Part shown: in pieces, positions 1 to 11,535 of the stretch
Numbering within the stretch: position 1 is the stretch's first letter
How the letters are laid out: every line of letters starts with the position of its first letter
From: Spirochaetia bacterium
GTDB taxonomy: Bacteria > Spirochaetota > Spirochaetia > UBA9216
Assembly (NCBI GenBank): GCA_965140585.1
Contig: OZ223267.1
Coordinates: 320,001-384,000 of the forward strand
Reading direction: 5' to 3'
Length of the DNA stretch: 64,000 nt
The notes under the pieces: model-generated
What the model was told of the DNA's origin: nothing
Database searches by the model: none
The model's input: the letters and a program-made list of their open reading frames with translations, nothing else
Made by a program: the position numbers and the translations under genes

Positions 1-4
1 TCCG

Positions 5-1768
5 TTATTCATTGTTTTCGCACCTTTTTAATTCCATATAAATTTCAAGATTCAGTTTCTGAACTGTATTTCTGTCAATTTTAAGCTCCTTGCGATCATA
101 GGTGTACAGTCCATTAATTTCAATTTCAACATCTGAAAGCTGAGTATAGACGGCAGCAGACAGCCCCCTGCTTATAAGAGGGATAAGCTGTTCCCTGATA
201 AGCTCGGTGTATTTTTTAGTAAGCTCTTCAGAGGATTTCATTGTTTTATAACCGAATTCTTTTTCTTTATTCCATAACCGTCCCTCAACAGCCAGATTGT
301 ATCCGCCGTATTCGGAAATAAAATAGGCTCGTTTATCCTTCCTTTTGGGGTCCTTCAGCTTGATGAAGTATACATGCCTGCTGTTAAAATCGCCCCCTCC
401 CTGATCAAACCAGCCGGAAGTGCGATCAACAAGTCTTGATGGGTCGGAATCTTCTGTAATCCTTCCGATTTCCTGTGAATCAAACTGTCCCCAGCCTTCG
501 TTAAACGGAACCCACATGACAATCGAAGGATGATTGTACAGGTGGTTTATTAATCCCTTAAGTTCCTCTTTAAAGAATTGACGATTTTCAGCATTTTTTC
601 TGCCCAGACGGCTACGGCTGTATCTTCCTGTGTCTTTAATCCTGAATCCGAAAAGCAATGCCATCAAGGTAAGCGGGCTGTTTGCTATGTGTCTGCCTCC
701 GGAAATCATATCCTGAATAACTAGCATACCAAGACGATCAGCATGATAATACCATCTTCTCGGTTCAATTTTGATATGCTTGCGTACAGAGTTAAAACCC
801 AGCTTCCTGACTGCTTCAATATCAAAGATCATTGCCTCGTCATCCGGCGGAGTCATACCCGATTCAGGCCAGTAACCCTGATCAAGCGGGGCATGCAGAA
901 AAACTGGGTTGCCGTTTAAAAAAATCCTTTTAAACCCTGAGCTTCCTTCCCTTAGTTCTATTTTTCTAAATGCGAAATACCCGGTTATTGTATCAGCACT
1001 GCTGTCTTTGAGACTTAATCTGAAACTATAGAGAACCGGTTTTGAGGGTGACCAGAGTTCAGGCTCACTGACTCTAAACCGGTTTGTGCCGCCGGCATTA
1101 AATGTTGCTTCTATGATTTTACTGCCGCCCAGCATAATCTCGAGTATTGCTTCACTATCTTTCTCAAGATCAGCAGTCAGTTCTATTTCTGAACTATACG
1201 GATCCGCGGTTATCTTATAAGCTTTAATATGATTGCATAAAGGGACAGCTTCAAGCCAAACTGTCTGCCAGATTCCGCTTGTTGCTGTATAAAAGATTGT
1301 TGCAGGCTTTAAGCTCTGCTTTCCCCGCTGGTTAAAGCTTTCGTCTGAAGGATCTTTTACTGATAGAATTATTTCATTCTCACCCGGAAGCAGATGTTCT
1401 GTGATATCAAAGGAAAAGGGCAGGTATCCGCCTTTGTGTGAACCGGCAGTCTTCCTGTTTACATAACATACGCATTCCCAGTCAACTGCCTCAAAATTCA
1501 GAAGGATCCTCATCTCAGACCATTCTTCCGGAATTGTAAAGACTCTTCTGTACCATAACACTTCATCCGGCAGAAGTTTTCCGCCTACTCCGGACTTTTC
1601 AGTCTCTATAGAGTAGGGAACAAGAATCCTGCCGTTAAAGGTATCCGGAATTATTTGTTCATTATTGTTTATTGTGTAATTCCAGTACCCGTTGAGACAT
1701 TTCCACCGTTCCCTGACCATCTGGGGTCTTGGATATTCAGAATGCGGTATCACTAAGTCTGATGACAA
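5..1768 (-). CDS. Glycoside hydrolase family 2 (beta-galactosidase/beta-glucuronidase-like)
   Basis: N-terminal EYPRPQ..W..LNG.W, LNFEAVDW, SGIWQTVWLE, LDQGYWP, NHPSIVMWVPFNEGWGQF (acid/base), SEYGG (nucleophile). Confidence 0.9.
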   Translation of the reverse strand: MSSDLVIPHSEYPRPQMVRERWKCLNGYWNYTINNNEQIIPDTFNGRILVPYSIETEKSGVGGKLLPDEVLWYRRVFTIPEEWSEMRILLNFEAVDWECVCYVNRKTAGSHKGGYLPFSFDITEHLLPGENEIILSVKDPSDESFNQRGKQSLKPATIFYTATSGIWQTVWLEAVPLCNHIKAYKITADPYSSEIELTADLEKDSEAILEIMLGGSKIIEATFNAGGTNRFRVSEPELWSPSKPVLYSFRLSLKDSSADTITGYFAFRKIELREGSSGFKRIFLNGNPVFLHAPLDQGYWPESGMTPPDDEAMIFDIEAVRKLGFNSVRKHIKIEPRRWYYHADRLGMLVIQDMISGGRHIANSPLTLMALLFGFRIKDTGRYSRSRLGRKNAENRQFFKEELKGLINHLYNHPSIVMWVPFNEGWGQFDSQEIGRITEDSDPSRLVDRTSGWFDQGGGDFNSRHVYFIKLKDPKRKDKRAYFISEYGGYNLAVEGRLWNKEKEFGYKTMKSSEELTKKYTELIREQLIPLISRGLSAAVYTQLSDVEIEINGLYTYDRKELKIDRNTVQKLNLEIYMELKRCENNE

Positions 1769-1792
1769 GTATGCCTCCCGGGTACTTTACTG

Positions 1793-4522
1793 CTACTGGT
1801 TAACCCCGCAGCAGTGTTTGTATTTCTTACCGCTGCCGCAGGGGCAGGGATCGTTGCGTCCTACTTTCGGCATACTTCTTTTTACCTGGGTTCCACGAGG
1901 TGTGGCTTCAGCCGCTTCACCCCCCTGGGGTGAACCTCCGCCTGCGAAAGCTCCGAGTTCAGCATGTTTGGTCTGAATATTCAGATCAGGCTTTCTTCTT
2001 TCATCACGATCATAGCGCTTGATTCTTACTTTTATTGCCTTTCTTGCAATATTCAGTTTTATGTCCATGATCAGTTTGTCGAAGATATCAAAACCTTCAA
2101 GCTTGTATTCCAGAAGCGGATTTTTCTGTGCATAGGATCGAAGGTAAACAGCTTCACGCAGTGCTTCAAGGTTTTCAAGATGTTCCTGCCATTTGCTGTC
2201 TATACTTTTCAGGTATTCAAAACGGATAAACTGGTTGAAATTATCTTTGCCTAGTTTTTCTTCTTTTTCCCTGATATCCTCGGTAATATAGTTCATGATT
2301 CTGCTTTGAAGATCTGCCTCGGTGAGTGCGGCAAAATTTTCGTCACCGGGTTCATACATGAAATTCAGCATTAAATCTTCATAAAACTGAGTGACAGCGC
2401 CCGGATTATCTTTGCCGCCGTTTCCACGGAAGGCATCAACTAAATCCTCAGTTATTTCTTCAGCAGTGTCCAGAATCCTCCTGCTGAGATCTGCATTCTG
2501 GGTTATGTCATCACGTTGAGAGTAGATGAACTTTCTCTGTTCATTTAGAACATCGTCAAAGTCAAGAAGGTGTTTTCTGATTTCGAAGTTACGGTCCTCA
2601 ACCCTTGTCTGAGCACGTTCGATTGCCCTGTTTATCAGAGGATGGTAAAGCGGCTCACCGTCCTGCATTCCTGAACGGGCCATTATCGAACGCAGGCTGT
2701 CACGGGCAAAGAGTCTCATAAGATCATCATCCAGACTGAGGAAGAACCTCGATTCTCCGGGGTCTCCCTGACGTCCGGAACGTCCTCTGAGCTGGTTGTC
2801 TATACGCCTTGATTCATGACGTTCAGTTCCAAGAATGTACAGACCACCAAGATCTTTTACCTTTTGATAATCCTGCTTCCATTTTTCGTATTCAGCTTCA
2901 TAGGCTTTCTGAAAAACTTCTTCAGAGGCCTCAGTTCCGGCTTTTTTCCTGGCTCTGAACTCCGGGTTACCGCCAAGTTTGATATCTGTACCACGGCCGG
3001 CCATGTTTGTCGCAATGGTTACGCTCCCTTCAGCTCCAGCTTCGGCAATAATCATTGCTTCACGGGAATGGTTTTTGGCATTGAGCACTTCATGCCTCAC
3101 ACCGCGCTTCATAAGAAGTTTTGAAATTCTCTCTGATTTTTCGATAGAAACAGTTCCTACAAGGATAGGCTGGCCTTTTTCATTAACCCTGGCAATCTCA
3201 TCACATATTGCATTGTTCTTTATTTCTTCGTTGAAATAGATAACATCGTCATCATCATTTCTTGCAACAGGTCTGTTGGTAGGGATAACAACTACATCGA
3301 GTCCGTAGATACTGTTGAATTCCTTTGCCTCGGTATCGGCTGTACCAGTCATTCCCGAAATTTTGTCATACATTCTGAAGAAATTCTGAAAGGTAATTGT
3401 TGCAAGAGTACGGTTTCTTTTGGCAACCTTGATGTGCTCCTTGGCCTCAATTGCCTGATGAAGACCGTCGGAGTATCTTCGCCCATGCAGTATACGGCCG
3501 GTAAACTCATCAACAATCTGTACCTGTCCGGCTTCTACAACGTAATCAACATCCTTTTTATAAAGGGTATGTGCTCTTACAGCCTGTGTAATATAATGTA
3601 TAAGTTCAAAATTTTCATCATTATACAGAGAATCCTTGATAACACCGGCTTTCAGGAAAATCTTTTCAACGTTGTTCAGACCCTCTTCTGTAAAGGTGAC
3701 TTTCTTCGATTTTTCCTCAAGCTTGTAATCTCCTACCGGCTCTTCAGGATATTCACCTGTTTCCGGATCTATATCACATTCTTTGAGCTGATTAACAAAG
3801 GCGTTTACCTGATTGAATTTTCCGGTATCATCATCAGCAGCACCCGAAATTATAAGAGGAGTTCTTGCCTCATCAATAAGGATTGAGTCAATTTCGTCAA
3901 TAATACAGTAGTTATGAACTTTCTGAACACGTCCGTCAGAAGTCCATTTCATGTTGTCACGAAGGTAATCAAAGCCAAGTTCATTATTGGTCCCGTAAGT
4001 TATATCGCACTCATATGCCTTCTTTCTGGCCTCAGGGTCCATATCAGACAGGACTGCGCCTACTTTAACTCCAAGAAGGTCGTATATCGGTGTCATCCAC
4101 AATGCATCTCGTCCTGCCAGGTAGTCATTGACCGTAACGATATGTACACCTCTTCCTGTAAGGCTGTTGAGGTAGGCTGCTGCGACGCTGGAGAGCGTTT
4201 TACCTTCACCGGTTTTCATCTCCATTATCTTTCCCTGATGAAGAACAATTCCGCCAAGCAGCTGTACATCATAGGGCCGTTCACCAAGAGCCCTTCTCGA
4301 GGCTTCTCTGGCCAGTGCATAGGCTTCCGGTAATATGGAATCAAGGCTTTCGCCGTCTTTTATTCTTGATTTAAAGGCTTCGGTCTGGGCAGGGAAGTCT
4401 TCGGATGGAATGCTTACGGCCCAGCTCTCTTTTTCATTGATTTTGTGAAGTATGGGCAGAAGTTCCTTCAGGTCGCGTTCATGCTTCGAGCCCACTATGG
4501 TAGTCAATATTTTTTTGAGCAT
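1793..4522 (-). CDS. secA: Preprotein translocase ATPase SecA
   Basis: [51 protein letters not shown]-terminal [22 protein letters not shown]; start moved to the ATG at 4522 that follows an AGGAG SD. Confidence 0.98.
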   Translation of the reverse strand: MLKKILTTIVGSKHERDLKELLPILHKINEKESWAVSIPSEDFPAQTEAFKSRIKDGESLDSILPEAYALAREASRRALGERPYDVQLLGGIVLHQGKIMEMKTGEGKTLSSVAAAYLNSLTGRGVHIVTVNDYLAGRDALWMTPIYDLLGVKVGAVLSDMDPEARKKAYECDITYGTNNELGFDYLRDNMKWTSDGRVQKVHNYCIIDEIDSILIDEARTPLIISGAADDDTGKFNQVNAFVNQLKECDIDPETGEYPEEPVGDYKLEEKSKKVTFTEEGLNNVEKIFLKAGVIKDSLYNDENFELIHYITQAVRAHTLYKKDVDYVVEAGQVQIVDEFTGRILHGRRYSDGLHQAIEAKEHIKVAKRNRTLATITFQNFFRMYDKISGMTGTADTEAKEFNSIYGLDVVVIPTNRPVARNDDDDVIYFNEEIKNNAICDEIARVNEKGQPILVGTVSIEKSERISKLLMKRGVRHEVLNAKNHSREAMIIAEAGAEGSVTIATNMAGRGTDIKLGGNPEFRARKKAGTEASEEVFQKAYEAEYEKWKQDYQKVKDLGGLYILGTERHESRRIDNQLRGRSGRQGDPGESRFFLSLDDDLMRLFARDSLRSIMARSGMQDGEPLYHPLINRAIERAQTRVEDRNFEIRKHLLDFDDVLNEQRKFIYSQRDDITQNADLSRRILDTAEEITEDLVDAFRGNGGKDNPGAVTQFYEDLMLNFMYEPGDENFAALTEADLQSRIMNYITEDIREKEEKLGKDNFNQFIRFEYLKSIDSKWQEHLENLEALREAVYLRSYAQKNPLLEYKLEGFDIFDKLIMDIKLNIARKAIKVRIKRYDRDERRKPDLNIQTKHAELGAFAGGGSPQGGEAAEATPRGTQVKRSMPKVGRNDPCPCGSGKKYKHCCGVNQ

Positions 4523-4629
4523 CAGATATCTCCTAAACAATTGAATATAATATAATACTATTTTTTTTTATTGTATACATTAACGCGTTTTTTGGAGCCC
4601 TCTGACATAAAACTCATAGAATTGACCCT

Positions 4630-4658
4630 TTGACTAAGAGGTTAACAGATAGTAGTAT
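4630..4658 (+). promoter_or_regulatory. sigma70-type promoter, likely leaderless transcript
   Basis: TTGACT-N17-TAGTAT, then 6 nt to ATG 4665 with no SD. Confidence 0.6.
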
Positions 4659-4664
4659 CTTCCT

Positions 4665-5906
4665 ATGAAAATCAGACAGTTCTTACTATGCCTTGGGCTC
4701 TCACTGATGCTCGCAGGACTTGTATCATGCCGTGATGATGAACTCGGTATTCTTGAACGGGAAAACCTGTTCAGTATGGATATCGGAAAAATGGAAGATC
4801 AGCTTTTCATCCAGCAGGAAGACGGAGTCAACGCCAGAGGACGAATAAGTCTAAAGATGAATGACGGTTTTTTCCAGATTTCGAACGGTGATTCTTTCAA
4901 GGTTATGGAGTTCAATTCCTTCGGAGATCTGATTTCATTGTTTTACAATCCATCTGAAAATCCTGAACCTGTTATCATTTCCTCTGAAAAGCGGGCAGGA
5001 ACAGATGTAACTAGAGGTGCTACAACCTATTCCTTCAATGACCCCGGTGATGTCATCAAGACATCAGGAGGAGACCTTCTTGTCAATGACCTTATTTCTG
5101 AAATGAGATGGGAAGATGACGAGAATATTGATGCCAGACTAGATAGAATCGTACTGCGGTTTGATCGCAACGGTGACTTTGTCTCGTATCTCGGACAGGA
5201 AGGCCTTGGCGGAACCCCCTTTCCGTATATACAGTCATTGTATACATCTGGTGATGATGAGGTTGTTGTGGTCACAAGGAACCCCGGAGGCTGGCGTATT
5301 TACTGGTTTACAAGAATGGGCGATCCTCTTTATATGGTTGATTTCAGAAATGAACTTCTTCCATCTCCCGATGGTGAGCGGATAGTTTCTATCGAAAATA
5401 TTTTTCCCGATCCGGACAATCGGATATGCTATCTGAAACTGGATTATTACCTTAGAGATAAGGAAAACAACGATAATATTAAATTTGATAAATCAGTTAT
5501 CTACTGGTACGATCTGGGTGAGCAGAAGTATACAGGAAGTGTTGATCTTCCGCGAAATATCGTTAAATCCGAGGAACCGGTAATTTTTGAGGCCAGGGAA
5601 CATGAATATCTCTACGAATTCCTCGGAGTTGCCCACGGACCATACTTTTATTTGATGAGTCCTGATGAAGGCACCTTCTACCGCCTTGTCGTGCTGTCTC
5701 CGTCCGGACAGGTTGAAGGCCGTGCTCTTGTAAACTTCTCTGATGAGGAAATTTTTTACCGCAGCTATAGTCTGAACCGTGACGGAATTCTCAGCGCTAT
5801 TGTTGTGGGTGAGTACGGAGCTGATGTTGTATGGTGGCGGAGCGACCGTTTTATAGAGGAAAAAGGTAATGAAAATCGTCAGTTCTTCAAGAATGCAGGA
5901 AATTGA
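4665..5906 (+). CDS. Putative lipoprotein, spirochaete-conserved type (LIC_12708-like), beta-propeller-like
   Basis: Signal peptide with lipobox LVSC; GQEGLGGTPFPYI motif; divergent from secA. Confidence 0.65.
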   Translation: MKIRQFLLCLGLSLMLAGLVSCRDDELGILERENLFSMDIGKMEDQLFIQQEDGVNARGRISLKMNDGFFQISNGDSFKVMEFNSFGDLISLFYNPSENPEPVIISSEKRAGTDVTRGATTYSFNDPGDVIKTSGGDLLVNDLISEMRWEDDENIDARLDRIVLRFDRNGDFVSYLGQEGLGGTPFPYIQSLYTSGDDEVVVVTRNPGGWRIYWFTRMGDPLYMVDFRNELLPSPDGERIVSIENIFPDPDNRICYLKLDYYLRDKENNDNIKFDKSVIYWYDLGEQKYTGSVDLPRNIVKSEEPVIFEAREHEYLYEFLGVAHGPYFYLMSPDEGTFYRLVVLSPSGQVEGRALVNFSDEEIFYRSYSLNRDGILSAIVVGEYGADVVWWRSDRFIEEKGNENRQFFKNAGN

Positions 5907-7344
5907 CAGGGAGAGTATAAACGAATTCGGTTTCGGTGACCTCATTCTTATGGAGAATGCCGGAATAAAAATCCTTGAAGAATCCCTGAAGCTCCCTCAA
6001 TTTACTCAAAATATTCCTGTAATCAGTATAGCCGGCAGCGGTAATAACGGCGGGGATGCTCTGGTAATTGCAAGGCATATCTTTTCTGAAAGACCAAACC
6101 CTGTAACTGTAATTTTAAAATCCGCCTCCGGAAGTCCCGCATTTGAGAAGCAATATCAGATCTGCATAAAACTCGGAATAGAAATTGTTGAATTTCCTTC
6201 AGAGCAGGCAGATGCTCTGCTGTCGGGAAACTGTATAATATTTGACGGGCTGACTGGTACAGGGCTAAAGAGTGCGCTGCACGAATCTGCGGCAGGCCTC
6301 TGCGAAAGGATCAATTCGTCACCGGGGACCGTTATTGCAATTGATATTCCTTCCGGAATAGGTGAACAGTACTGCGGAACATGGCCGGCGGTAAAGGCAG
6401 ATCTTACTGTAACAGTCGGCCTCCCTAAACGTGCACTGTATCTTCCGGCCTGCAGAACATTCTGCGGAGTAATAAGAAGCGTCCAGATTGGTTTTCCTGA
6501 ACAGGTAATTAATTCTGATATTCCCGATGAGGACGGTCTTTATATAAGCCTTACTGATGAAAAAGATATTGAACGCCTGATGCCGGTGCTTAAGGCAGAC
6601 TCATACAAGAACAGCAGGGGCCATCTTGCTGTTTTGGGCGGTTCTGAGGGAACTCTTGGTGCCGCCTCTCTGTGTGCAGAAGCTGCCGCCAGAACCTCAA
6701 CAGGACTTGTGAGTCTTTTCATTGATGAACGGTATTATCCTGTTCTGGCTGCAAAGCATAACTCGGTCATGGTAAAAGTTCTTGATTCTGAAACTGCAGC
6801 GGATAGGGTGGCTTCATTGGCAGCCTCAGCTGTTGGTCCGGGCTGGGGGGCAGGCGATGAACGGAAAAAACTGCTATTAGAGCTGCTTGGAATCAGCAGA
6901 GGCGTTCTGGATGCCGATGCTATTACAATACTGGCACAGATGAAAAAATCCGGTGAAAAGCTGCCTGATCTTGGAAATCGCTGGGTACTCACTCCGCATC
7001 AGGGTGAATTCAAGCGCTTGTTTCCGGAACTCAATCCGGAGCATACTTATACTTCTGTTTATGCTGCAGCCGCAGAACTGAATACGGTTGTTCTGCTCAA
7101 GGGTCATGTGAGTATGATTGCAGCGCCTGATGGACGGATAACCGTGATAGACGGACTATTCCCGCAGCTAGGCACTGCTGGCAGCGGTGATATTCTCTGC
7201 GGTATTATCGGAGGTTACTGCGCCTCGGGCATGAACTGCTACGATGCTGCGGTTCTGGGGGCTCTGGTTCATCTGAGAGCTGGAAAACGCTGTGCTACCG
7301 AGCATGAATGGTTCCCGGCAGATATGATTTTACAGTATATATAA
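5869..7344 (+). CDS. nnr: Bifunctional NAD(P)H-hydrate epimerase/dehydratase
   Basis: LMENAG, GSGNNGGD, DIPSG, YKNSRGH, LDADA, LTPHQGE, TAGSGDIL. Confidence 0.93.
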   Translation: MKIVSSSRMQEIDRESINEFGFGDLILMENAGIKILEESLKLPQFTQNIPVISIAGSGNNGGDALVIARHIFSERPNPVTVILKSASGSPAFEKQYQICIKLGIEIVEFPSEQADALLSGNCIIFDGLTGTGLKSALHESAAGLCERINSSPGTVIAIDIPSGIGEQYCGTWPAVKADLTVTVGLPKRALYLPACRTFCGVIRSVQIGFPEQVINSDIPDEDGLYISLTDEKDIERLMPVLKADSYKNSRGHLAVLGGSEGTLGAASLCAEAAARTSTGLVSLFIDERYYPVLAAKHNSVMVKVLDSETAADRVASLAASAVGPGWGAGDERKKLLLELLGISRGVLDADAITILAQMKKSGEKLPDLGNRWVLTPHQGEFKRLFPELNPEHTYTSVYAAAAELNTVVLLKGHVSMIAAPDGRITVIDGLFPQLGTAGSGDILCGIIGGYCASGMNCYDAAVLGALVHLRAGKRCATEHEWFPADMILQYI

Positions 7345-7357
7345 CAGGAGTTTAAAA

Positions 7358-7897
7358 ATGCCGTCAGAGAAAGGCCGAATGCCGGAAAGCCATACACCCG
7401 GTGAATTTCATTACCACTACGATCGTGAAAAAAGAGAACAGATGCTTTCAGAGGAGACAAAGAACGTTCTTAAGAAAGGCAAATTTCTTACTCTGAACAG
7501 GCGTAATCTTATTATCCTTGCGGACATTGGAATTATTATCCTTTTTACCATGATTTTTGTTCCTTTCAGCATGAACGGTAAAAAGAATGCAAGCTTTGAC
7601 GGCGGGTATAGGGCTGTTTTTAAAGCAAGTGAATTCGACAGCCGGGCTCTTTTAAGTGTCAAAATCAGTTCCGAATCGGATATTGAAAGTCAGGATGGTA
7701 TGGTACGGGTTGTTTTCTCTGTAGAAGGGCAGGCTCAGACTGTTGAACAGCTTGATTTACTGCCTGTTTCTACTGATGAACCGAGATATCTCAGAGCCGA
7801 GTTTCCCATTGAGGGAAATGACCGGATTAAGGTCTTTGCAGAAGTTGAAATCGGAGGAAAATCAAGAGGACTGTCAGCTACTGTAAGGGTACAATAA
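7358..7897 (+). CDS. Hypothetical single-TM membrane protein
   Basis: AGGAG SD; one hydrophobic helix followed by a beta-rich domain. Confidence 0.7.
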   Translation: MPSEKGRMPESHTPGEFHYHYDREKREQMLSEETKNVLKKGKFLTLNRRNLIILADIGIIILFTMIFVPFSMNGKKNASFDGGYRAVFKASEFDSRALLSVKISSESDIESQDGMVRVVFSVEGQAQTVEQLDLLPVSTDEPRYLRAEFPIEGNDRIKVFAEVEIGGKSRGLSATVRVQ

Positions 7898-8033
7898 ACA
7901 GCGGAGCGCTTATTTTAGCTGAATTCAGCTTAATATCGATACCCTTAATTTATTCCTGATTAATTGAGTTGACCAGAGACAGTGTTTAAGATAATCTTTT
8001 ATATATACCATCTTTAAACGGAGAAAGAGGACT

Positions 8034-8435
8034 ATGGTTCAAATTTATTTTCTGTCGATCTTACTGAATCTTCTTGGCGGTTTCGGACTTGCTTCTGAAA
8101 CCATGGTTGAACGTATCAGCGGTCTGAGAATTTTTTCAGATTTCTTTGAAGGCAGAACTACCTTGAAGATAACCGTTGGTATACTTTCATTTATTGTAGG
8201 CATCCTGAAACTTCTGTCATCGATGGATGTTCCGGTGGCCGGAGACCTGCTTCCAGCTCTTGGTAATATTGCAGTAGGTTTTGCCCTTGTTCTTGATTAC
8301 TATAAAGATCGCTCTGAATCCACCAGCAGTGAGAAATTAAACGATTTTTTTGCCAGAAACAGCTCTTTTATTGGAATTGCTGCAGTACTTTTTGGCGTTC
8401 TGCATTTCTTTATACCAAGGGTGCTGCTTCTGTAA
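8034..8435 (+). CDS. Hypothetical multi-TM membrane protein
   Basis: SD present; about 4 hydrophobic segments; GDLLPA motif. Confidence 0.7.
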   Translation: MVQIYFLSILLNLLGGFGLASETMVERISGLRIFSDFFEGRTTLKITVGILSFIVGILKLLSSMDVPVAGDLLPALGNIAVGFALVLDYYKDRSESTSSEKLNDFFARNSSFIGIAAVLFGVLHFFIPRVLLL

Positions 8436-8448
8436 TTCGGAATCTGAC

Positions 8449-8829
8449 ATGAAATACTCTGTAGCCGGCGTAGCTGAACGCAATGGAAAGTTTTTTATCG
8501 CTCTAAGAAATCCAGGGACCAGTATAGGTGAGCGCTGGGAATTTCCCGGGGGGAAAATGGAGGAGGGCGAAGGTCATGAACAGGCCCTCATCCGTGAATA
8601 CCGTGAAGAATTAGGAACAGATATTACAGTCGGCAGTTTTCTCTGCGAAGGCGATTTTTCCAACGGAGTATCTGAATACCATCTGGTTGCCTATAATATA
8701 AAACTCAAAGATGACAATCTTGCACTGACTGAACATCAGAAGGTAATGTGGGCATCACTCGAACAGATGGAAAATCTCGATTTTCCTTTTTCTGATAAAA
8801 TAATCATCGATTATCTTCTTTCGAGATAA
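8449..8829 (+). CDS. MutT-like NUDIX hydrolase
   Basis: WEFPGGKMEEGE..EQALIREYREELG Nudix box; start set at MKYSV. Confidence 0.9.
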   Translation: MKYSVAGVAERNGKFFIALRNPGTSIGERWEFPGGKMEEGEGHEQALIREYREELGTDITVGSFLCEGDFSNGVSEYHLVAYNIKLKDDNLALTEHQKVMWASLEQMENLDFPFSDKIIIDYLLSR

Positions 8830-9731
8830 CTGATTCTATAATCATTCCTTAATATAAATCCATTCTTCTCATAGAGACGGACTGCCGGAGTGTTTGAGGG
8901 TTTTACAAATAATGTAAGATTCTTTTTCTTCAATACTGAAAATTCTGCTATTTTTCGCAGGACTGCAGACGATACTCCCAGGGAGCGGTATTCAGGCAGG
9001 GTGAAAACACCACCAATCTGGTTCCAGCCTAAACCTTCAGCATTAATGCAGCATGTAGCAACTGGCCTGTTCTGATAGATAGCATATAATACTGTTCTTG
9101 TCTTTATCGTATCAAGAAATCTTATCCGGCATGCAGTTTCATTAAAGGTTGAAGGATCCAGAAGTACTTCTTCAATTTCATAATCTTTGCGCAGCGGCAT
9201 CAGTAAATCAATGTCAGAGGAAACTGCTGTTTTTATTTTTATATCCTGAAGCGGCAGTTCCCTGCTTTTTAACGGAGGAAGAGCTGTAATCAGTGCAGAA
9301 TCTGCAGTGAGCAGTTTATAATCAACAGAATGGGAATTCCTACCCTTAAAAAGTGCAGCAAGCAGCCTGACTGATGAGAGTTCTCCCATTACCGTAAGAT
9401 ATTTCTTTCTGATGTTTTTGCTTCCCTGAAGTACATTGGCAAGCTGCCCGGCTTCAGGGATTGTTCCTTTCGGAAACAGAGGGACAATTATACTGTCATT
9501 TCCTGCAAATACTGCAGCCATAGCCTGTGAATTGCTGTAATAAATAAATATATCGGCATTTTTTAGTTCACCCGCTGCCGGTTTTCCTGCAAGACTAATC
9601 CTTGAGGTCATTGGTACACAGAAATGTTCATAGGGTTCAATAAAACGAAGAAAGGAGGTATATCCGCCCTTTGAGAGCCTTTTCCAGCCGCTTTTATGGT
9701 TATTTTTTTTTAAACTGAATATTTCCTGCAA
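8811..9731 (-). CDS. GNAT family N-acetyltransferase
   Basis: C-terminal QIGGVFTLPEYRSLG and N.PAVRLYEKNGF. Confidence 0.85.
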   Translation of the reverse strand: MQEIFSLKKNNHKSGWKRLSKGGYTSFLRFIEPYEHFCVPMTSRISLAGKPAAGELKNADIFIYYSNSQAMAAVFAGNDSIIVPLFPKGTIPEAGQLANVLQGSKNIRKKYLTVMGELSSVRLLAALFKGRNSHSVDYKLLTADSALITALPPLKSRELPLQDIKIKTAVSSDIDLLMPLRKDYEIEEVLLDPSTFNETACRIRFLDTIKTRTVLYAIYQNRPVATCCINAEGLGWNQIGGVFTLPEYRSLGVSSAVLRKIAEFSVLKKKNLTLFVKPSNTPAVRLYEKNGFILRNDYRISYLERR

Positions 9732-11417
9732 TTAGTTTTCTCCGTGTGTTTCCAGGCTGAGAGGCAGATTTCCCTCCGGCTTGATAGTCCCTGTGAGTGC
9801 CGCAAAGCCGGCATCAATAGATTCACGGCTTATTCCATAAACAGCAATAGCCTTATCGACCCACGGCAGCTCCCTGAGGTACACAGGAGTAAGAACTGAA
9901 AAAACTGCGATTTCAGCCTTGCTGTCCTCAAGTTCCTTAAGTACCTGAAAACCGTTGGGGTTGGCAAGACAGAAAATTACCGTATCATAATTATCAGCTT
10001 TCTTTTTTAGTGAATTCCTTACCGAAGCTTCAGAAGTATAAAAGGGTGAATAATCGAAGCTGAAGGTATCAGCATCTGGATAGGCTTTTTTCCCGGCAGC
10101 AAAGAATCGATCAAGCTGTCCGGCTAGAAGAATCTTTCTGTTTTTCCCGTCTACTGTACTTCCCTCATATATTTCGGTAACTGCGCGATACGCCTGATCG
10201 ATAAAAAAATCCTTTCCTTCATGATTCGGTATATTATCAAGTATATGATCAGGATCCGGAAAAAGAGGAATTGATCCCTCATCTTTCAGATAAGCTAATT
10301 TGGCAGAGATTATGCGTTTTGCAGATGCTCGGACGGTTTCCCGAAAATCTTTATTATTCTTAATCTCTTTAAGCAGATATTCCCAGACCTTCTGATGAAT
10401 TTCTGGAGTCCGTGATACAAGAATGATATCATTGCCTGCCTCAATAGCTGTTTTACAGATTTCAGGTGTATTCATTGAGAGCAGCTGGACACCGTTCATC
10501 ATAAGATCGTCAGTTACAACCAGTCCTTTAAAGTTCAGCCTGTCACGGAGTATGTCATTGAGAAAAAAGGGAGACAGGCTGGCAGGAATTTCAGACCCCG
10601 TTATTTCAGGAAAAGCCAGATGTCCCGACATTATTGCGGGAATATTTTCTCTTACGAGGTAGCGGTAGGGAAGAAGATCTCTTTCCCACATAGTGTCAAA
10701 ATTAATATCAATTATTGGAAGAGCTCCATGAGAATCCTTGTCGGCATCACCATGTCCGGGATAATGCTTTGCAGTGCATATTACTCCCGCTGAATCCATT
10801 CCTTTGAAGTATGCTGTAGACAGCACTGCTGTCAGCAGGGCATCCTGGCTGAATGCTCTGGGGCCGATAACATGAGCTTCTGCATTGGAGTAAACATCGA
10901 CAGTAGGGGCAAAATTCATGTTTATACCCAGCTCTCGGAGCTCCATGCCTATATAATAACCGGTTTTAAAAGCATCATCCGGAATCCTGCTGGCTCCCAG
11001 TGCCATATTTCCGGGTGTTTCTGAGGTTTCAGCCCTTACGTGACGCACCCATCCGCCTTCCTGATCAGTTACAATAAAAAGCGGGATCTGAAGTTCAGTT
11101 TTTCGGGCTGTCTGCTGCATCTCACGGATGCTGCCGGCAAGAGTTTCCAGATCGGCGACATTCCATCCGAAGATTTTGACTCCTCCTATCTCGCGGTTTT
11201 CAATCCAGTCAAGAATATCGGATGAGGGAGTGCCTCCCATATAGCCCAGGAGCATCATCTGTCCCAAAAGCTGTTCATCTGTCATAGATTCAATCAGGCG
11301 GCTTTGAAGTTCATCCTTATTTGTGTTTGTCCAGAAATCGAGTGCTGAAACAGAGGAGTATGCAGAGAACAGTGATAGAAGTAAAAGTAAATAAAAAGTA
11401 CATTTTTTCTGTAACAT
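9732..11417 (-). CDS. Glycoside hydrolase family 3 (beta-N-acetylhexosaminidase-like), exported
   Basis: DQEGG, KHYPGHGDADKDSH (NagZ-type motif), TDDLMM; N-terminal signal peptide. Confidence 0.88.
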   Translation of the reverse strand: MLQKKCTFYLLLLLSLFSAYSSVSALDFWTNTNKDELQSRLIESMTDEQLLGQMMLLGYMGGTPSSDILDWIENREIGGVKIFGWNVADLETLAGSIREMQQTARKTELQIPLFIVTDQEGGWVRHVRAETSETPGNMALGASRIPDDAFKTGYYIGMELRELGINMNFAPTVDVYSNAEAHVIGPRAFSQDALLTAVLSTAYFKGMDSAGVICTAKHYPGHGDADKDSHGALPIIDINFDTMWERDLLPYRYLVRENIPAIMSGHLAFPEITGSEIPASLSPFFLNDILRDRLNFKGLVVTDDLMMNGVQLLSMNTPEICKTAIEAGNDIILVSRTPEIHQKVWEYLLKEIKNNKDFRETVRASAKRIISAKLAYLKDEGSIPLFPDPDHILDNIPNHEGKDFFIDQAYRAVTEIYEGSTVDGKNRKILLAGQLDRFFAAGKKAYPDADTFSFDYSPFYTSEASVRNSLKKKADNYDTVIFCLANPNGFQVLKELEDSKAEIAVFSVLTPVYLRELPWVDKAIAVYGISRESIDAGFAALTGTIKPEGNLPLSLETHGEN

Positions 11418-11535
11418 AGGCTTCGATATTTATACACCAGAAGACGGTGATCAGCAAGAGTTTTGACTGGTTAAGGATTACTGAGTATATTGTCAGTTGA
11501 ATATCCGTCAGACGGAAGAAAATTATTGGAATATA

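Noticed and set aside
1692-4333. Several plus-strand ORFs antisense to secA
   Set aside because: Shadow ORFs of a conserved gene with no recognisable motifs; the same applies to those within ilvC, flgK, ppdK and PBP1A
7915-7935. Palindrome AGCTGAATTCAGCT
   Set aside because: Single short palindrome with no U-tract or clear second copy; cannot be assigned a function
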